A program made the position numbers and the translations under genes. Below are positions 38,251 through 53,761 of a stretch of 64,000 nucleotides of DNA, piece by piece. Positions within the stretch are counted from its first letter, which is position 1. The number at the start of each line of letters is the position of its first letter. The stretch spans positions 1-64,000 of the forward strand of contig JBGANF010000028.1 of NCBI GenBank assembly GCA_044222475.1. Direction: 5' to 3'. Below the pieces are notes generated by a model. The model did no database searches. It saw nothing but the letters and a program-made list of their open reading frames with translations, and was not told where the DNA came from. The DNA is from Polyangiaceae bacterium. Lineage in GTDB: Bacteria; Myxococcota_A; Polyangia; Polyangiales; Polyangiaceae.

Positions 38251-40263
38251 TCACTTCGCGCACCGGAAGCCGACGTTGTTGAGCGCGGTGCCGCGGTCGA
38301 GCGGCAGCCGGGCCGACGCCTTCGAGCCGAGGCCCGAGTAGTCCCACGAGCCGCCTCGGACGATCCCTTTGGTGGTGCGGGGCGGAAGGAACGGGTCCAC
38401 GACGCGCTCTTTCGGGAAGGCGTCGAAATCGTCGGCGACCCACTCCCACACGTTGCCGACCATGTCGTACGCGCCAGCCGGGCTCGTGCCGTCGACCGTC
38501 GTCGCGACCTCGTAGGTGCCTTTGCGCGATCCGCACGGTCCATCGAGGCCGCCGACGATCGCCTGACGACACGACGAAGGCATCGCGTTGCCCCACGGGT
38601 AGATGCGCCCGTCGGTGCCGCGGGCGGCGAGCTCCCACTCTGCCTCGGTGGGGAGCCGCTTTCCGGCGAACTTGCAGAACGCGGACGCTTGCTCGTACGT
38701 GACGCAGTTGATCGGCTGGCGCGCGAAGTTCGAGTCGGTGACCGAGTTGCACGTCACGCTCGCGGCGGTGATCGACTTGCCGGCCGACGTCACGTGGAGG
38801 CCGGTCGCGGTGCACGCTCCGGCGGTGACACACCCGCCGTACGCCTCGGACGTGACCTCGGTGCGATCGATGTAGAATGCACGCGTAATCGAGACCTGGT
38901 GCGCGGGCTTCTCGGATTTGCCGTCGCGGTCGCTTCCCATCGTGAACGTCGCCGGGGTGACGAAGACCATGTTCGCCGGAGGACCTTCGGGGACCTTGAT
39001 CGAAGGGGTCGGCACGGGCGCGACGGAGGCGGTGACCGAAGGCGCGGCCGAGGCCGACGCCGAAGCCGTGGCCGAGGCGTGGGCGTGCGCGGCGTCGTCG
39101 GTCTGTTTGTCGGCGTCGCGCATGCCGAGGAACGCGAAGACGACGAGGATCAGCGTGGCGGCGACCGCCCCGATCCACACCGCTTGCCGCTTCTTCTGCT
39201 CGCGGAGCATCACCGTGATCGTCCCGGTGCCGCCGGCGATCGTCTCGACGTTGCGATCGAACACCGGCGCGCGCTCCGGTTGCGGCGTGCGAATCACCGC
39301 TGGCGGTGGGCGGACGCTCCGCGGCCGGTTCGGTCGCTCGATGAGTGCGTCGTTGAGCGCGTCCCAGAACTCGCCGCAGCTCTTGTAGCGCGCGCGTGGG
39401 TCGACCGCGAGCGCGCGGAGGAGCACCGCGTCGACGGCGTCGCTCGAGTCGACGCCGCGGTTGCGGAGCGTGGGGCGCTTCGAGACGTCGCTCGACTCGA
39501 CGTAGATCTGCACCGGGTCGTCGCCGTCGAGCGCGGGGCGCCCGGTGACGATCTCGACGAGGATCAGCGCGAGGGCGTAGACGTCGGTCCATGGGCCGGT
39601 CGCGCCGTACTTGCGGCTGAACTGCTCGGGTGCGCCGTAGCGTGGCGTGAACGCGGCCATGCCGATGGCGTTGTCGTCGAATGGACCGTGGTTCGTGGTG
39701 TCGTCGTCAGGGGCCTTCGCGATGCCGAAGTCCACCACCTTGAGCGTCGAGCGCCCGCCAACCTCGGTGAGCATCAAGTTCGCCGGCTTCACGTCGCGGT
39801 GCGAGACGTTCTGCTCGTGGGCGACGGCGAGGCCGCGCGCGGCCGGCTCGAGGAGGGCGACCGCTTCGTCGATCGTGTACGTGTGGCGCGCGCGGAGCTC
39901 GCGATCGAGCGTCACGCCGTCGAGCCACTCGAGGACGAGGAACGGAGTCTCGGTACCATTCGGGGACACGGCCACGCCGACGTCGAGGCATTGGACGACG
40001 TCGGCCGATCCGCGCGAGAGCTTGTGGAGCAAGCGACCCTCGGCGATGAAGCGCCCGAGGAATGCGTCGTGGGCCTCGGGGTCGAGGTGCTTCTTGAGCT
40101 TCAGGCACTTGACCGCCACCGACTGCTCGAAGCCGGTGTGGTGGGCCCGATAGACGACGCCGAACCCGCCCTCGCCGACGACGGAATCGATGCGGTATTT
40201 CCCTTCGAGGGTGTTTCCGACCCACCCAAAGGGGTCTTCTCGGGGGGCTTGGAGGATGGGCAC
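38251..40263 (-). CDS. Membrane Ser/Thr kinase with extracytoplasmic FGE-sulfatase (SUMF1) domain; start approximate
   Basis: GEGGFG, VAVK, HRDVKPAN, DFG, APE; TM helix; F.MGS, TEVT, RLPTEAEWE, DMVGNVWEW, RGGSW, GFRC. Confidence 0.9.
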   Translation of the reverse strand: MPILQAPREDPFGWVGNTLEGKYRIDSVVGEGGFGVVYRAHHTGFEQSVAVKCLKLKKHLDPEAHDAFLGRFIAEGRLLHKLSRGSADVVQCLDVGVAVSPNGTETPFLVLEWLDGVTLDRELRARHTYTIDEAVALLEPAARGLAVAHEQNVSHRDVKPANLMLTEVGGRSTLKVVDFGIAKAPDDDTTNHGPFDDNAIGMAAFTPRYGAPEQFSRKYGATGPWTDVYALALILVEIVTGRPALDGDDPVQIYVESSDVSKRPTLRNRGVDSSDAVDAVLLRALAVDPRARYKSCGEFWDALNDALIERPNRPRSVRPPPAVIRTPQPERAPVFDRNVETIAGGTGTITVMLREQKKRQAVWIGAVAATLILVVFAFLGMRDADKQTDDAAHAHASATASASASAAPSVTASVAPVPTPSIKVPEGPPANMVFVTPATFTMGSDRDGKSEKPAHQVSITRAFYIDRTEVTSEAYGGCVTAGACTATGLHVTSAGKSITAASVTCNSVTDSNFARQPINCVTYEQASAFCKFAGKRLPTEAEWELAARGTDGRIYPWGNAMPSSCRQAIVGGLDGPCGSRKGTYEVATTVDGTSPAGAYDMVGNVWEWVADDFDAFPKERVVDPFLPPRTTKGIVRGGSWDYSGLGSKASARLPLDRGTALNNVGFRCAK

Positions 40264-40367
40264 AGTCGGTGGGGAGCGGAGAATCGTCAGCCGGCTGACA
40301 ATTTTGCGCTTCGTCTTACCACACGGTAGGTCGGGAGCTGCCCTCCCGCGCTGGATGGTGCTAGAGT

Positions 40368-40386
40368 ATTGAAAGTGATTATCATC
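40368..40386 (+). promoter_or_regulatory. Fur-box-like iron operator
   Basis: AT-rich ATTGAAAGTGATTATCATC upstream of feoA, resembling GATAATGATAATCATTATC. Confidence 0.7.
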
Positions 40387-40415
40387 TTCGCCAAATCCAC
40401 GGCGGGGGAGGTCGG

Positions 40416-40655
40416 GTGAAGCTCGACCACTCGAGCCTCCTGGGCCTTCGCCAGCCGGTGAAGGTGTCGAAGATCCGCCTCGGAGAAGAGGAGGCGGCGT
40501 GGGTGCGCGCCGTCGGGATCTTCGAAGGCGAGACGGTGGAGGTGCTGCGCGCGGCGATCTTCGGCGGCCCGCTCCACGTACGCACCGGCTCGGGCGGCGA
40601 GTTCGCGCTCGATCGAGCGCTCGCCGCCGCAATCGACGTGGAGCCGCTCCCGTGA
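40416..40655 (+). CDS. feoA: Ferrous iron transport protein A
   Basis: SH3-like GIFEGETVEVLR.A.FGGP; GTGA overlap with feoB; GGAGG RBS. Confidence 0.85.
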   Translation: MKLDHSSLLGLRQPVKVSKIRLGEEEAAWVRAVGIFEGETVEVLRAAIFGGPLHVRTGSGGEFALDRALAAAIDVEPLP

Positions 40656-42607
40656 GCGAGTGCCACGACGCACCGGAGAAGACGGAGACCCCCAGCGGTC
40701 CCATCGACGTCGAGGTCGCGCTCGTCGGTCGTCCGAACTCGGGGAAGTCGTCGCTCTACAACGCGCTCACCGGCGGACGCGCGAAGGTCGGAAACTTTCC
40801 GGGGGTGACCGTCGACCTGCTCGAAGCCGAGGCGAAGCTACCCGCGGGCGGCGTTGCGCTCGTGATCGACGTGCCCGGGATGTACTCGGTGTCGGCGAGC
40901 GTCGACGCGGCATCCGACGAGGGGCAGGCGCGCGCGTGCATCGAGCGGCTCGAGAGCGAGAAGGGGAGCGTCGTCATCGTCCAGGTCGTCGACGTGACGC
41001 AGCTCGCGCTCGGGCTCCGGCTCACGGCCGAGCTGCGCACGCGCTCGAAGCCGCTGCTCGTCGTCCTGACCCAACGCGACGTGCTCGACGGTCTGGGCCA
41101 AGTCGTCGACGGTGAGGCGCTCGCGCAGGCGCTCGACGTGCCGGTCGTCGTCGTGAGCGCCAGCGAGCCGACGGCGCGGACGCGCGTGCTGTCCGCGATC
41201 GAGGAGCTCGCTCGCGGTACGCGCACGAGCCCGTATCGATCGCCGGCCGAGCGACCGGCGATCGATCCGGAGAAGCTCGCGCGCTCGGTGATCTCGGATC
41301 ACCCGACGGCCGCCGGCAACGAGCGACGGCGGCGCGACTTCACTGCGCGCGCCGATCGCGTGCTCCTGCATCCGGTGCTCGGCCCCGTGAGCTTCCTCGC
41401 GCTGATGGGCGTGCTCTTCGCCGCGGTGTTCCTCGTGGCCGATCCGGTGACGGCGCTCCTCGACGGCGGGCGCGCGTGGCTGGCAGCGAAGCTCCATCAC
41501 GCGCTCGGCGGCGGCTGGATCGCGTCGCTGCTCGGGGACGGGGTCCTCGGCGGTGCCGGAACGGTGCTCGCGTTCCTACCGCAGATCGTGATCCTCACGG
41601 TGGCGCTCGAGGTCATCGACGCCTCCGGGTACCTCGCGCGGGGGGCGTTCCTCGTCGATCGCGCGCTCCGCGCGGTCGGACTCGGTGGGCGGTCGTTCGT
41701 GCCGCTGCTCACGGCGCACGCGTGCGCGATCCCGGCCATCTCGGCGACGCGCATCGTGCGCGACCCGAAGGAGCGGCTTCGTACCATCTTGGTACTGCCG
41801 CTCATGACGTGCTCCGCGCGATTGCCGACGTACGCCCTGCTCATCACCGCGTTCTTCGGTCACTGGAGCGCAGCAGGGCGCGCGCTCTTGTTCGTCGCCT
41901 TGTACGTCGCCGGCATCTTCTCGGGGTTCGCCGCGGCGTCGGTCATCGGGAAGACGGTCCAGCGGGGTACCCGCTCGCTGCCGCTCGTGCTCGAGATGCC
42001 GGCGTACCGCATGCCCCGCTTCCGCGTCGTCGTCGAGACCGGGACGCGAGCGGCGAAGCGGTTCGTGCGCGACGTGGGCACGGTGATCGTCGCGGCTTCG
42101 GTGGTGCTTTGGTTGCTCCTTCGGATCCCGGCGGGGTCGCCGCCGCCGGTCGACGCGGCGGCCTCGGCCGAGACGCAGGCGATCGACGCGAGCGTCGCAG
42201 CCAAGGTCGGCCGCGCGCTCGAGCCGGTGACCCAGCCGATCGGGTTCGATTGGCGCATCAACGTCGGGCTGATCGGGTCGTTCGGCGCGCGCGAGCTGAT
42301 GGTGAGCACGCTCGGCGTGATCTTCGGCGTCGAAGGTGCCGACACGGACGACGACGAGGCGCGGACGCTCGGCGAGCACATCCACGACGCGAAGGATGCT
42401 CGGGGTCAGCCGTCGTACTCGATCGCGACGGCGGCCTCGCTGCTCGCGTTCTTCGTGCTCGCGTGCCAGTGCATGAGCACCGTCGCTGCGATCCGGCGCG
42501 AGACGCGCAGCTTCAAGTGGCCGGCGTTCGTGCTCGGCTACACGTACGCGCTCGCCTACGCAGTATCCTTCATCGTGTTTCACGCGGTGAAGCTGTTCGG
42601 CGGCTGA
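40652..42607 (+). CDS. feoB: Ferrous iron transport protein B
   Basis: GRPNSGKSS, GNFPGVTV, DVPG.YS, SGYLAR, CSARLP, LEMPAY, AREL. Confidence 0.95.
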   Translation: MSECHDAPEKTETPSGPIDVEVALVGRPNSGKSSLYNALTGGRAKVGNFPGVTVDLLEAEAKLPAGGVALVIDVPGMYSVSASVDAASDEGQARACIERLESEKGSVVIVQVVDVTQLALGLRLTAELRTRSKPLLVVLTQRDVLDGLGQVVDGEALAQALDVPVVVVSASEPTARTRVLSAIEELARGTRTSPYRSPAERPAIDPEKLARSVISDHPTAAGNERRRRDFTARADRVLLHPVLGPVSFLALMGVLFAAVFLVADPVTALLDGGRAWLAAKLHHALGGGWIASLLGDGVLGGAGTVLAFLPQIVILTVALEVIDASGYLARGAFLVDRALRAVGLGGRSFVPLLTAHACAIPAISATRIVRDPKERLRTILVLPLMTCSARLPTYALLITAFFGHWSAAGRALLFVALYVAGIFSGFAAASVIGKTVQRGTRSLPLVLEMPAYRMPRFRVVVETGTRAAKRFVRDVGTVIVAASVVLWLLLRIPAGSPPPVDAAASAETQAIDASVAAKVGRALEPVTQPIGFDWRINVGLIGSFGARELMVSTLGVIFGVEGADTDDDEARTLGEHIHDAKDARGQPSYSIATAASLLAFFVLACQCMSTVAAIRRETRSFKWPAFVLGYTYALAYAVSFIVFHAVKLFGG

Positions 42608-42629
42608 TCCGGTCGGCTACCATGGTGGT

Positions 42630-43469
42630 GTGCGTAGCGGCAAAGCGAGCGCGACCGCGTCGTTCGTGGCGGCGATGCGGGGGATGGCAGGATACGAGCG
42701 TGCGCCGCTGGTGACCGACGAGTACGCCGAGCGGCTCGTCGATGGTCCGTTTCGTCTGGGGCTGGCTCTCGCGTCGCGCGCGCCGACGGCGGCCGCGCTC
42801 GCGATGCGCGCCGCGTCGATCGTGAGCCGCGGGAAGATTCGGCACCTCGAGCTGCGCACGCGCGCGATCGACGACGTGCTGTCGGAGGAAGCGCGTCACG
42901 GAGCGACGCAGCTCGTGATCCTCGGAGCAGGGCTCGATGCACGAGCTCACCGGCTCGCGAGCCTCGAGCGAACGGCGGTCTTCGAGGTCGATCACCCGGA
43001 CACGCAGCGGCAGAAGCGTTCGCGGCTCGGCGGTGGTGCGGCCGAGCGCGTGAAGTACGTCGCGGTGGACTTCGAGCGCGATCGCCTCGTCGACGTCTTG
43101 CCGCGGGCGGGCTTCGATCGATCGGCGCGCTCCACGTTCCTCTGGGAAGGCGTGACGATGTACCTGACGGAGGCGGCGGTGCGAGCGACGATCGCCGCGG
43201 TCTCCGAGCTCGCTGCCCCGAGCTCGGCGTTCGCGATCACGTACCGGGCGCCGGGGTTCCGGTGGGAGGGCGCGCTGGCGAACGTGGCCGTGCGCGTGCT
43301 CGGGGAGCCGTTCCGCTTGGTGCTCCCACCCGAGCAGATGGCGGAGTGGCTGGCGAAAGACGGCTTCCACCGCGAGAGCGACGAGAGCAGCGACGAGTGG
43401 GGAGAGCGCTACCTGGGCTCCCCCGTCGATACCGTGGGTGAACGGCTGGTCGTCGCGCGCAAGCAGTAG
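42630..43469 (+). CDS. SAM-dependent methyltransferase (LCM/YktD-like)
   Basis: RTRAID, QLVILGAGLDARA, FEVDHP, WEGVTMYL. Confidence 0.88.
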   Translation: MRSGKASATASFVAAMRGMAGYERAPLVTDEYAERLVDGPFRLGLALASRAPTAAALAMRAASIVSRGKIRHLELRTRAIDDVLSEEARHGATQLVILGAGLDARAHRLASLERTAVFEVDHPDTQRQKRSRLGGGAAERVKYVAVDFERDRLVDVLPRAGFDRSARSTFLWEGVTMYLTEAAVRATIAAVSELAAPSSAFAITYRAPGFRWEGALANVAVRVLGEPFRLVLPPEQMAEWLAKDGFHRESDESSDEWGERYLGSPVDTVGERLVVARKQ

Positions 43470-43575
43470 GACCATCAGCCGTCGACAAACCCATGTGATT
43501 CTGATGGTTTGACCCCTGGCGCCCCTGGCGTCCTGGCGGTTCTCTCCCAAGGGTGCCCCACGAGACTTGAGTTTA

Positions 43576-43597
43576 TTCATCCGTTGATTAGGATGAA
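43576..43597 (+). promoter_or_regulatory. Palindromic operator upstream of the ArsR-methyltransferase/metH unit
   Basis: TTCATCC-N8-GGATGAA perfect inverted repeat ending 7 nt before the ATG at 43605. Confidence 0.7.
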
Positions 43598-43604
43598 CGG
43601 ATAG

Positions 43605-48215
<4,611 letters not shown>

Positions 48216-48230
48216 GGGGGCAGGCCAACC

Positions 48231-49622
48231 ATGAGCACACCGTCGAAGAAGCCGCGCGTCCTGATCGTCGATGACGACGGTTCGGCGCGCGCCGCGCTCG
48301 CGCAGCTGCTCGCCAGCGCGGGGTACGTCGTCGACTCCGCGTCGGACGGCACCATCGCGCTCGAGCGAGCCGCCGAGGTTCCACCGGACGTGGTCGTGAC
48401 CGACCTCGCCATGCCGCACATGAACGGGATGGAGCTCCTCGGCAAGCTCCGCGCGCAGGACAAGGAGCTTCCGGTCCTCGTCCTCACCTCGACCGACGAC
48501 GTGCGCGCGGCGGTCGACGCCATGCGCGCCGGGGCGGACGAGTACCTCACGAAGCCGCTCGACTTCGACGCGCTCCAGGTCGCGATCGAGCGGGCGCTCG
48601 AGCGCCGCGAGCTCCGCGTCGAAGCCGAGAACCTGCGCCGCCAGGCGCGCACCCGTGACGGCGAAGGCCTCGAAGGGCTCATCGGCGGCAGCGCGGCGAT
48701 GCAGAAGGTCTATCGGATCGCGAAGCAGGTCGCCGGCTCCCGCGCGACCGTGCTCATCACCGGAGAGAGCGGAACGGGCAAAGGTGAGCTCGCGCGGGCG
48801 GTCCACACGCTCAGCCCGCGTGCGTCGAAGCCGTTCGTCTCTCTTCACTGCGCGGCGCTGGCCGAGACACTCCTCGAGAGCGAGCTCTTCGGTCACGAGA
48901 AGGGCGCATTCACCGGCGCCGACCGCCGGCGCATCGGCCGTTTCGAGCAGGCCCACGGCGGAACGCTCTTCCTCGACGAGATCGCGGACATTCCGCTGCT
49001 CACCCAGGTGAAGCTCTTGCAGGTTCTTCAAGAGCGCGCGTTCCAGCGCGTCGGTGGGACGGAGACCGTCAAGTGCGACGTGCGGCTCGTCGCGGCGACC
49101 AACGCCGATCTGGAGGCGGCCGTCCGCGAGGGTCGCTTTCGCGAGGACCTCTACTATCGGTTGAACGTGGTGCAGATCGTGATGCCGCCGCTCCGGGAGC
49201 GCGGGGGAGACGTCGTCGCGCTCGCCAACCACTTCGTGACGAAGTTCGCGCGCGAGAACCACAAGCGCGTCGATGGCTTCACCGATCGCGCGCTCTCCAA
49301 GCTCACGACCCACACGTGGCCGGGGAACGTGCGCGCGCTCGAGAACGCGATCGAGCGCGCGGTCGTGCTCTGCGACGGCAACCGCATCGACGAAGCGGAT
49401 CTCCCGTTCAGCGGCGGGGTGGAGGCGTACGGAGCCCTTCGCATCCCGGGAGCGACGCTCGCGGAGATCGAGCGCTTCGCGATCGAGAACACGCTCGCCG
49501 CGGTCGACGGATCGACGACGAAGGCGGCCGAGATCCTCGACGTGAGCGTGCGCACGATCCAGTACCGACTTCACGAGTACGGCATCGCGCACCCGAAGGA
49601 CTCGAAGAAGGACCCGACCTGA
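48231..49622 (+). CDS. sigma54-dependent response regulator (NtrC/AtoC family)
   Basis: REC domain, [28 protein letters not shown], Fis HTH. Confidence 0.95.
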   Translation: MSTPSKKPRVLIVDDDGSARAALAQLLASAGYVVDSASDGTIALERAAEVPPDVVVTDLAMPHMNGMELLGKLRAQDKELPVLVLTSTDDVRAAVDAMRAGADEYLTKPLDFDALQVAIERALERRELRVEAENLRRQARTRDGEGLEGLIGGSAAMQKVYRIAKQVAGSRATVLITGESGTGKGELARAVHTLSPRASKPFVSLHCAALAETLLESELFGHEKGAFTGADRRRIGRFEQAHGGTLFLDEIADIPLLTQVKLLQVLQERAFQRVGGTETVKCDVRLVAATNADLEAAVREGRFREDLYYRLNVVQIVMPPLRERGGDVVALANHFVTKFARENHKRVDGFTDRALSKLTTHTWPGNVRALENAIERAVVLCDGNRIDEADLPFSGGVEAYGALRIPGATLAEIERFAIENTLAAVDGSTTKAAEILDVSVRTIQYRLHEYGIAHPKDSKKDPT

Positions 49623-49625
49623 GCT

Positions 49626-51551
49626 TCAGTTCCCCAGGATTTCCTGGAGAACGCCTTCCAGCTCGTCGACCTTGATCGGCTTCGTGAGGTAGCGGTGGAA
49701 CCCCGCATGCTCGCCGCGCTGCTTGTCGCGCGGTGAAGCGGCCGCGGTGAGCGCGATCACCGGGATGTCTCGCGTCTCGGGGTGCCGCTTGAGCTCGGCG
49801 AGGGCGTCGAGGCCGCTCATGCCGGGGAGGTTGATGTCCATGATGACGAGCGCGGGTCGCTCGCTCAGCGCGAGCTCGACCCCGATCTCGGCGTTGGGCG
49901 CGGTGACGAGCAGGATCCCCTCGAACCCATCGAGCAGGTCGCGCATGAAGGTGACGTTCGCGGGGTTGTCCTCGACGTAGAGGACGCGGCCGTGCGGCTC
50001 GACGCCGTCCTTCGGGAGGTGCCTCACCGCGACCGGCTTCTGCGACGGAGTGCTCTGGTAGATGGGAAGGTCGACCCAGAACTTCGATCCGACGTCGGGC
50101 TTGCTCTCGAACCCGACTGCCCCGCGCATGAGCTCTGCGAGGCGCTTCGTGATCGCGAGGCCGATGCCGGTGCCCTCGATGGGGCCGGTCTCTTGCCCGG
50201 CGCGGTGGAAGGGTTGGAACACCTTGTCCTGCTTGTCGAGGGGGATGCCGAACCCATCGTCGACGACCTCGGCGCGGAGGAGGTCGGAGTTGGCGGTCGA
50301 CAGGGTGAACCGGACCTTTCCGCCCTTCTTGTTGTACTTGATGGCGTTCGATCCGAGGTTCATGAGGATCTGCGCGAAGCGCGTGCGATCGGCGGAGACC
50401 ATCGGGACGCTCGCGCTGGGTGGATCGAGCTCGACCTTGACGTCGGCGCGCTGGGCCACCGGGCTCAGGGTGGTGATGACCTCGCGCACGACCTCGACCG
50501 CGTCGATCGGCTCGGTCGAGATCGAGACGCCGCCGGCTTCGATGCGCGAGAGATCGAGGATGTCGTCGATCAAGCGGAGGAGGTGCTCTCCGCCCTTCAG
50601 GATCTGCTCGACGCGCGCGCGGTGTCGCTCCGACAGAGGCTCCTTCTTGTCGCGCTGGAGGAGCTGCGCGAAGCCGAGGATCGCGTTGAGCGGGGTCCGG
50701 AGCTCGTGGCTCATCGACGAGAGGAACTCGGACTTCGCTTCGCTCCCGGCTTCGGCGAGCACTCGCGCACTGCGAAGCTCTTCGGCGTGCCGAACGTCGT
50801 CGGTGAGATCCCAGATCGTCGTGACGATGCCGCCCTCGGCGGTCTTGCGATCGGTCACGCGCAGCGTGCGTCCGTCGTGGGTGCGAACCTCGTAGGTAGC
50901 CGTGCCTTGGGCGCGCTGGGCGACGCGCTCGGCGCGGAACGCGTGACGTGCGGCTTCGTTCGGGAACGCCAGATCGACGAGCCAGCGGTCGAGGATGTCG
51001 CTGAAGGGGCGCCCGATCAGCGTTCCTTGGACCGCAGCGGCGAGGAGGTTTCGGTACGCGCTGTTGCACGAGACCACGTTGTCGTCGGAGTCGAAGAGGG
51101 CGAACGCGTCCTGGATGCTCTCCACCGCGCTCTTCAACCGATCGGCCGCGAGCTTGCTCGCCGCTTCGAGGGCCTTTCGCTGGGAGATGTCGCGGATCGC
51201 AGCGGAGACGAGCGTCGCCTGCTCCATGTCGACCGGGCTCAGGCTGACCTCGATGGCGAGCTCGGTTCCATCTTTGCGGACGCCGAAGAGCTCCAGCCCC
51301 GAGCCCATGGGTCGGGCGCCGGGGTTCGCGAAGTACTTGCTCACGTGACCGCCGTGGGCGCCCCGAAACCGCTCGGGGACGAGGACCTCGAGTGACTGGT
51401 CGAGGAGCTCGGCGCGCGGATAGCCGAAGAGCCTCTCCGTCTGGACGTTGACGAAGACGATCTTCGAGTCCGGGCCGACGACGATCATTGCATCCGGTGC
51501 GGTGTCGAGGATCCGGAAGTAGGCGTTCTCTGCGCGGAGCGAGTCAGGCAT
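49626..51551 (-). CDS. Hybrid sensor kinase PAS-PAS-HisKA-HATPase-REC
   Basis: PAS motifs, MSHELRTPLN, NAIKY, GTGIGL, C-terminal MDINLPG. Confidence 0.93.
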   Translation of the reverse strand: MPDSLRAENAYFRILDTAPDAMIVVGPDSKIVFVNVQTERLFGYPRAELLDQSLEVLVPERFRGAHGGHVSKYFANPGARPMGSGLELFGVRKDGTELAIEVSLSPVDMEQATLVSAAIRDISQRKALEAASKLAADRLKSAVESIQDAFALFDSDDNVVSCNSAYRNLLAAAVQGTLIGRPFSDILDRWLVDLAFPNEAARHAFRAERVAQRAQGTATYEVRTHDGRTLRVTDRKTAEGGIVTTIWDLTDDVRHAEELRSARVLAEAGSEAKSEFLSSMSHELRTPLNAILGFAQLLQRDKKEPLSERHRARVEQILKGGEHLLRLIDDILDLSRIEAGGVSISTEPIDAVEVVREVITTLSPVAQRADVKVELDPPSASVPMVSADRTRFAQILMNLGSNAIKYNKKGGKVRFTLSTANSDLLRAEVVDDGFGIPLDKQDKVFQPFHRAGQETGPIEGTGIGLAITKRLAELMRGAVGFESKPDVGSKFWVDLPIYQSTPSQKPVAVRHLPKDGVEPHGRVLYVEDNPANVTFMRDLLDGFEGILLVTAPNAEIGVELALSERPALVIMDINLPGMSGLDALAELKRHPETRDIPVIALTAAASPRDKQRGEHAGFHRYLTKPIKVDELEGVLQEILGN

Positions 51552-52677
51552 GGGGAAAGCTCATGATGAACACCGCCCCAGGGTTACCGTCCTCGACCCG
51601 AATCTTCCCGCCGTGGGCTTCTGCGGTGAGCTTGCAGAACGCGAGACCGAGGCCGCGCCCGCCGCGCGACGATTGCCCCGAGCCGTGCTCCTCGATCTGG
51701 AGGAACGGATCGAAGATGCGCTCGCGCATCTCGACCGGGATGCCGACCCCGTGATCGATGACGCGAATCTCCGTCGCGCTCGTAGTCTGGGTGACGGGGA
51801 TCTGAATGGCGCTGCCGCCCGGCGCGTGTCGGATCGCGTTCTCGATCATGTTCGCGATCGCGCGCCGAAGGAGGTCCGGGTCCGCGTCGATCGTTCCGCT
51901 CGCGACCTGGGGCTCCAGGGTGACGTTCTTCCCGATCGCGGCGATCTCGAGCTCGGCCACGGCCTCTCCGACGAGCGCGGCGAGATCGACCGTCGACCTC
52001 TTGGGGACGAGCTTCCCCTCGTCTGCTTTGCTCAGATCGAGGAGGTTCAGGATCATCCGGTTGAGCTGGCGCGCCTCGTTGCGGATCTGAGTCGCCGAGT
52101 TGCGGGAGCGCTCGGAGAGCTCTTTGTCGCGGAGAAGCAACTGGGCGTGGAGGTCCATCGAGTTGACCGGGTTCTTCAGGTCGTGGACGACGAACGCCAT
52201 CAAGCGCTCTTTGACGAGGGACAGCCGAAGAAGATCGTTTCGTTGCTGCTTGAGGAGCTCGTAGTGATCGCGCAGCTCGGTGCGGAGGCGGCGGAGCTTG
52301 AGTGCGCTCTCGACTCGAACGAGGAGCTCGCTGGGCCGCACCGGTTTCGTGAGGAAGTCGTCACCGCCGGCGCCGAGCGCGCTGTCGAACGTGTCGACGT
52401 CGCGCAGCGCGGTCACGAAGACGATCGGGGTGTCGGCGCCTACCTCCGTGGCGCGGATGCGGCTGCAGACCTCGGGCCCCTCCATGTCGGGCATGCGCAC
52501 GTCGAGCAGCACGCAATCGGGGTGCTCGCGCTCGAAGGCGGCGAGGCCTTCCTTTCCGCCCGTCGCGAGGACGACTTCGTAACCCTCGTCCTCGAGCGTC
52601 TCGCGCGCCAGCGCGCGGTTCGCCTCGTTGTCGTCCACGACGAGGATCTTGGCCTTGGGTGCTGCACCCTCGCTCAT
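51544..52677 (-). CDS. Hybrid REC-histidine kinase
   Basis: LVVDD, LLDVRMP, KP; VHDLKNP, NAIRH, GLGLAF. Confidence 0.92.
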   Translation of the reverse strand: MSEGAAPKAKILVVDDNEANRALARETLEDEGYEVVLATGGKEGLAAFEREHPDCVLLDVRMPDMEGPEVCSRIRATEVGADTPIVFVTALRDVDTFDSALGAGGDDFLTKPVRPSELLVRVESALKLRRLRTELRDHYELLKQQRNDLLRLSLVKERLMAFVVHDLKNPVNSMDLHAQLLLRDKELSERSRNSATQIRNEARQLNRMILNLLDLSKADEGKLVPKRSTVDLAALVGEAVAELEIAAIGKNVTLEPQVASGTIDADPDLLRRAIANMIENAIRHAPGGSAIQIPVTQTTSATEIRVIDHGVGIPVEMRERIFDPFLQIEEHGSGQSSRGGRGLGLAFCKLTAEAHGGKIRVEDGNPGAVFIMSFPHA

Positions 52678-52719
52678 GGCAAGGCGCAGCGTAGCAGCGT
52701 CGCAACCGGATCGAAACCG

Positions 52720-53622
52720 TCACTGGATGGTGGCTTGAGCGGACGCGGTGCCGGTCGCGGTCTTCGAGAGCGTCAGGAGCTGGAGGCGCACCGACCAACC
52801 GCTCACGATTGTCTCGGTGGCGCTGCTGCTGGTGACCGAGATGGTCGCGCTCGTGGGCGACGACGGCAGGTTCGCGAGCACGCTCGAAGGGATCGAGCCG
52901 CTCCCGCTCGATGCGGGGAAGATGCACGAGATCGAGGTCGATGCCGAGGCAGTCGATCCCGTCAGCCCTACGGTGACGTCGCCGGATGCCCCGCCCGTCC
53001 ATGCGACGGGGAACGTTTGCGCTCGGTTGATGGTCACCTTCCCACCTGGTGCCGGGAACACGGGCGTCGTCACGGTGACGTACGCCGGGGCGGCGACCTT
53101 GAGATCGAACGCTGGGACCTCGGCGCCGGACGACTTCGCCTCGATCGTCTCGCCGCCGTTCCAGAGCTTCTGCTGCGCGCTCTGCGCGGTGTAGGTCGCG
53201 CCGCTGGGGACGAGCTGTACCGTCTTCGATCCGCCCGTGATGGCGATGGTGCCCGCGCTCGCCGGCGGTGGCGTGCCGGCGTCGCTCGCACCGCCGATTG
53301 GGCATTGGTAGATCGTGCACGTGCCGCTCTTCGTCGTCGTGCACGACCCGGTTCCGGTGCCGTAGGCGGAGACGAACGAGGCCGATGCGCTCATCCCGAG
53401 GACGGGCGTCGACTGAATCGTGTAGTCCCAGCTGGTGAGGTACACGCCGCCGCCCTTGGTCGCGGTCGTGCCGCCCTCGGTGGTCGACCCGTCGGGGGTG
53501 GTGGACGAGTCGTCGGATCCGCCGTCCGTGGCGGCTCCGCCGTCGAAGCCGAGCGGCGTTCCGGCGCTGCAGCCGGCTGCGGCGAGGAGGGCGGCGACGT
53601 AGAAGAGGAGGCGGAGCTTCAT
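52720..53622 (-). CDS. Ser/Thr/Gly-rich lipoprotein
   Basis: Lipobox AAGC; GGAGGA RBS. Confidence 0.7.
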   Translation of the reverse strand: MKLRLLFYVAALLAAAGCSAGTPLGFDGGAATDGGSDDSSTTPDGSTTEGGTTATKGGGVYLTSWDYTIQSTPVLGMSASASFVSAYGTGTGSCTTTKSGTCTIYQCPIGGASDAGTPPPASAGTIAITGGSKTVQLVPSGATYTAQSAQQKLWNGGETIEAKSSGAEVPAFDLKVAAPAYVTVTTPVFPAPGGKVTINRAQTFPVAWTGGASGDVTVGLTGSTASASTSISCIFPASSGSGSIPSSVLANLPSSPTSATISVTSSSATETIVSGWSVRLQLLTLSKTATGTASAQATIQ

Positions 53623-53761
53623 CGTTGTCCTCCTACGCTCGAGATTCGCACGTCTGCCCTCGGCCGGGGCAGATCCAGCGGATTCCCCGCCCGTATGTAC
53701 GATGTCTGCAGCCGGCTGACGAATCCTGTACGGACGTCGTCCTGCCGTCGGCTACCGGTGA

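Noticed and set aside
48231..52677. NtrC plus two hybrid kinases as a novel signalling system
   Set aside because: Ordinary domain architectures for this kind of genome; nothing distinctive seen
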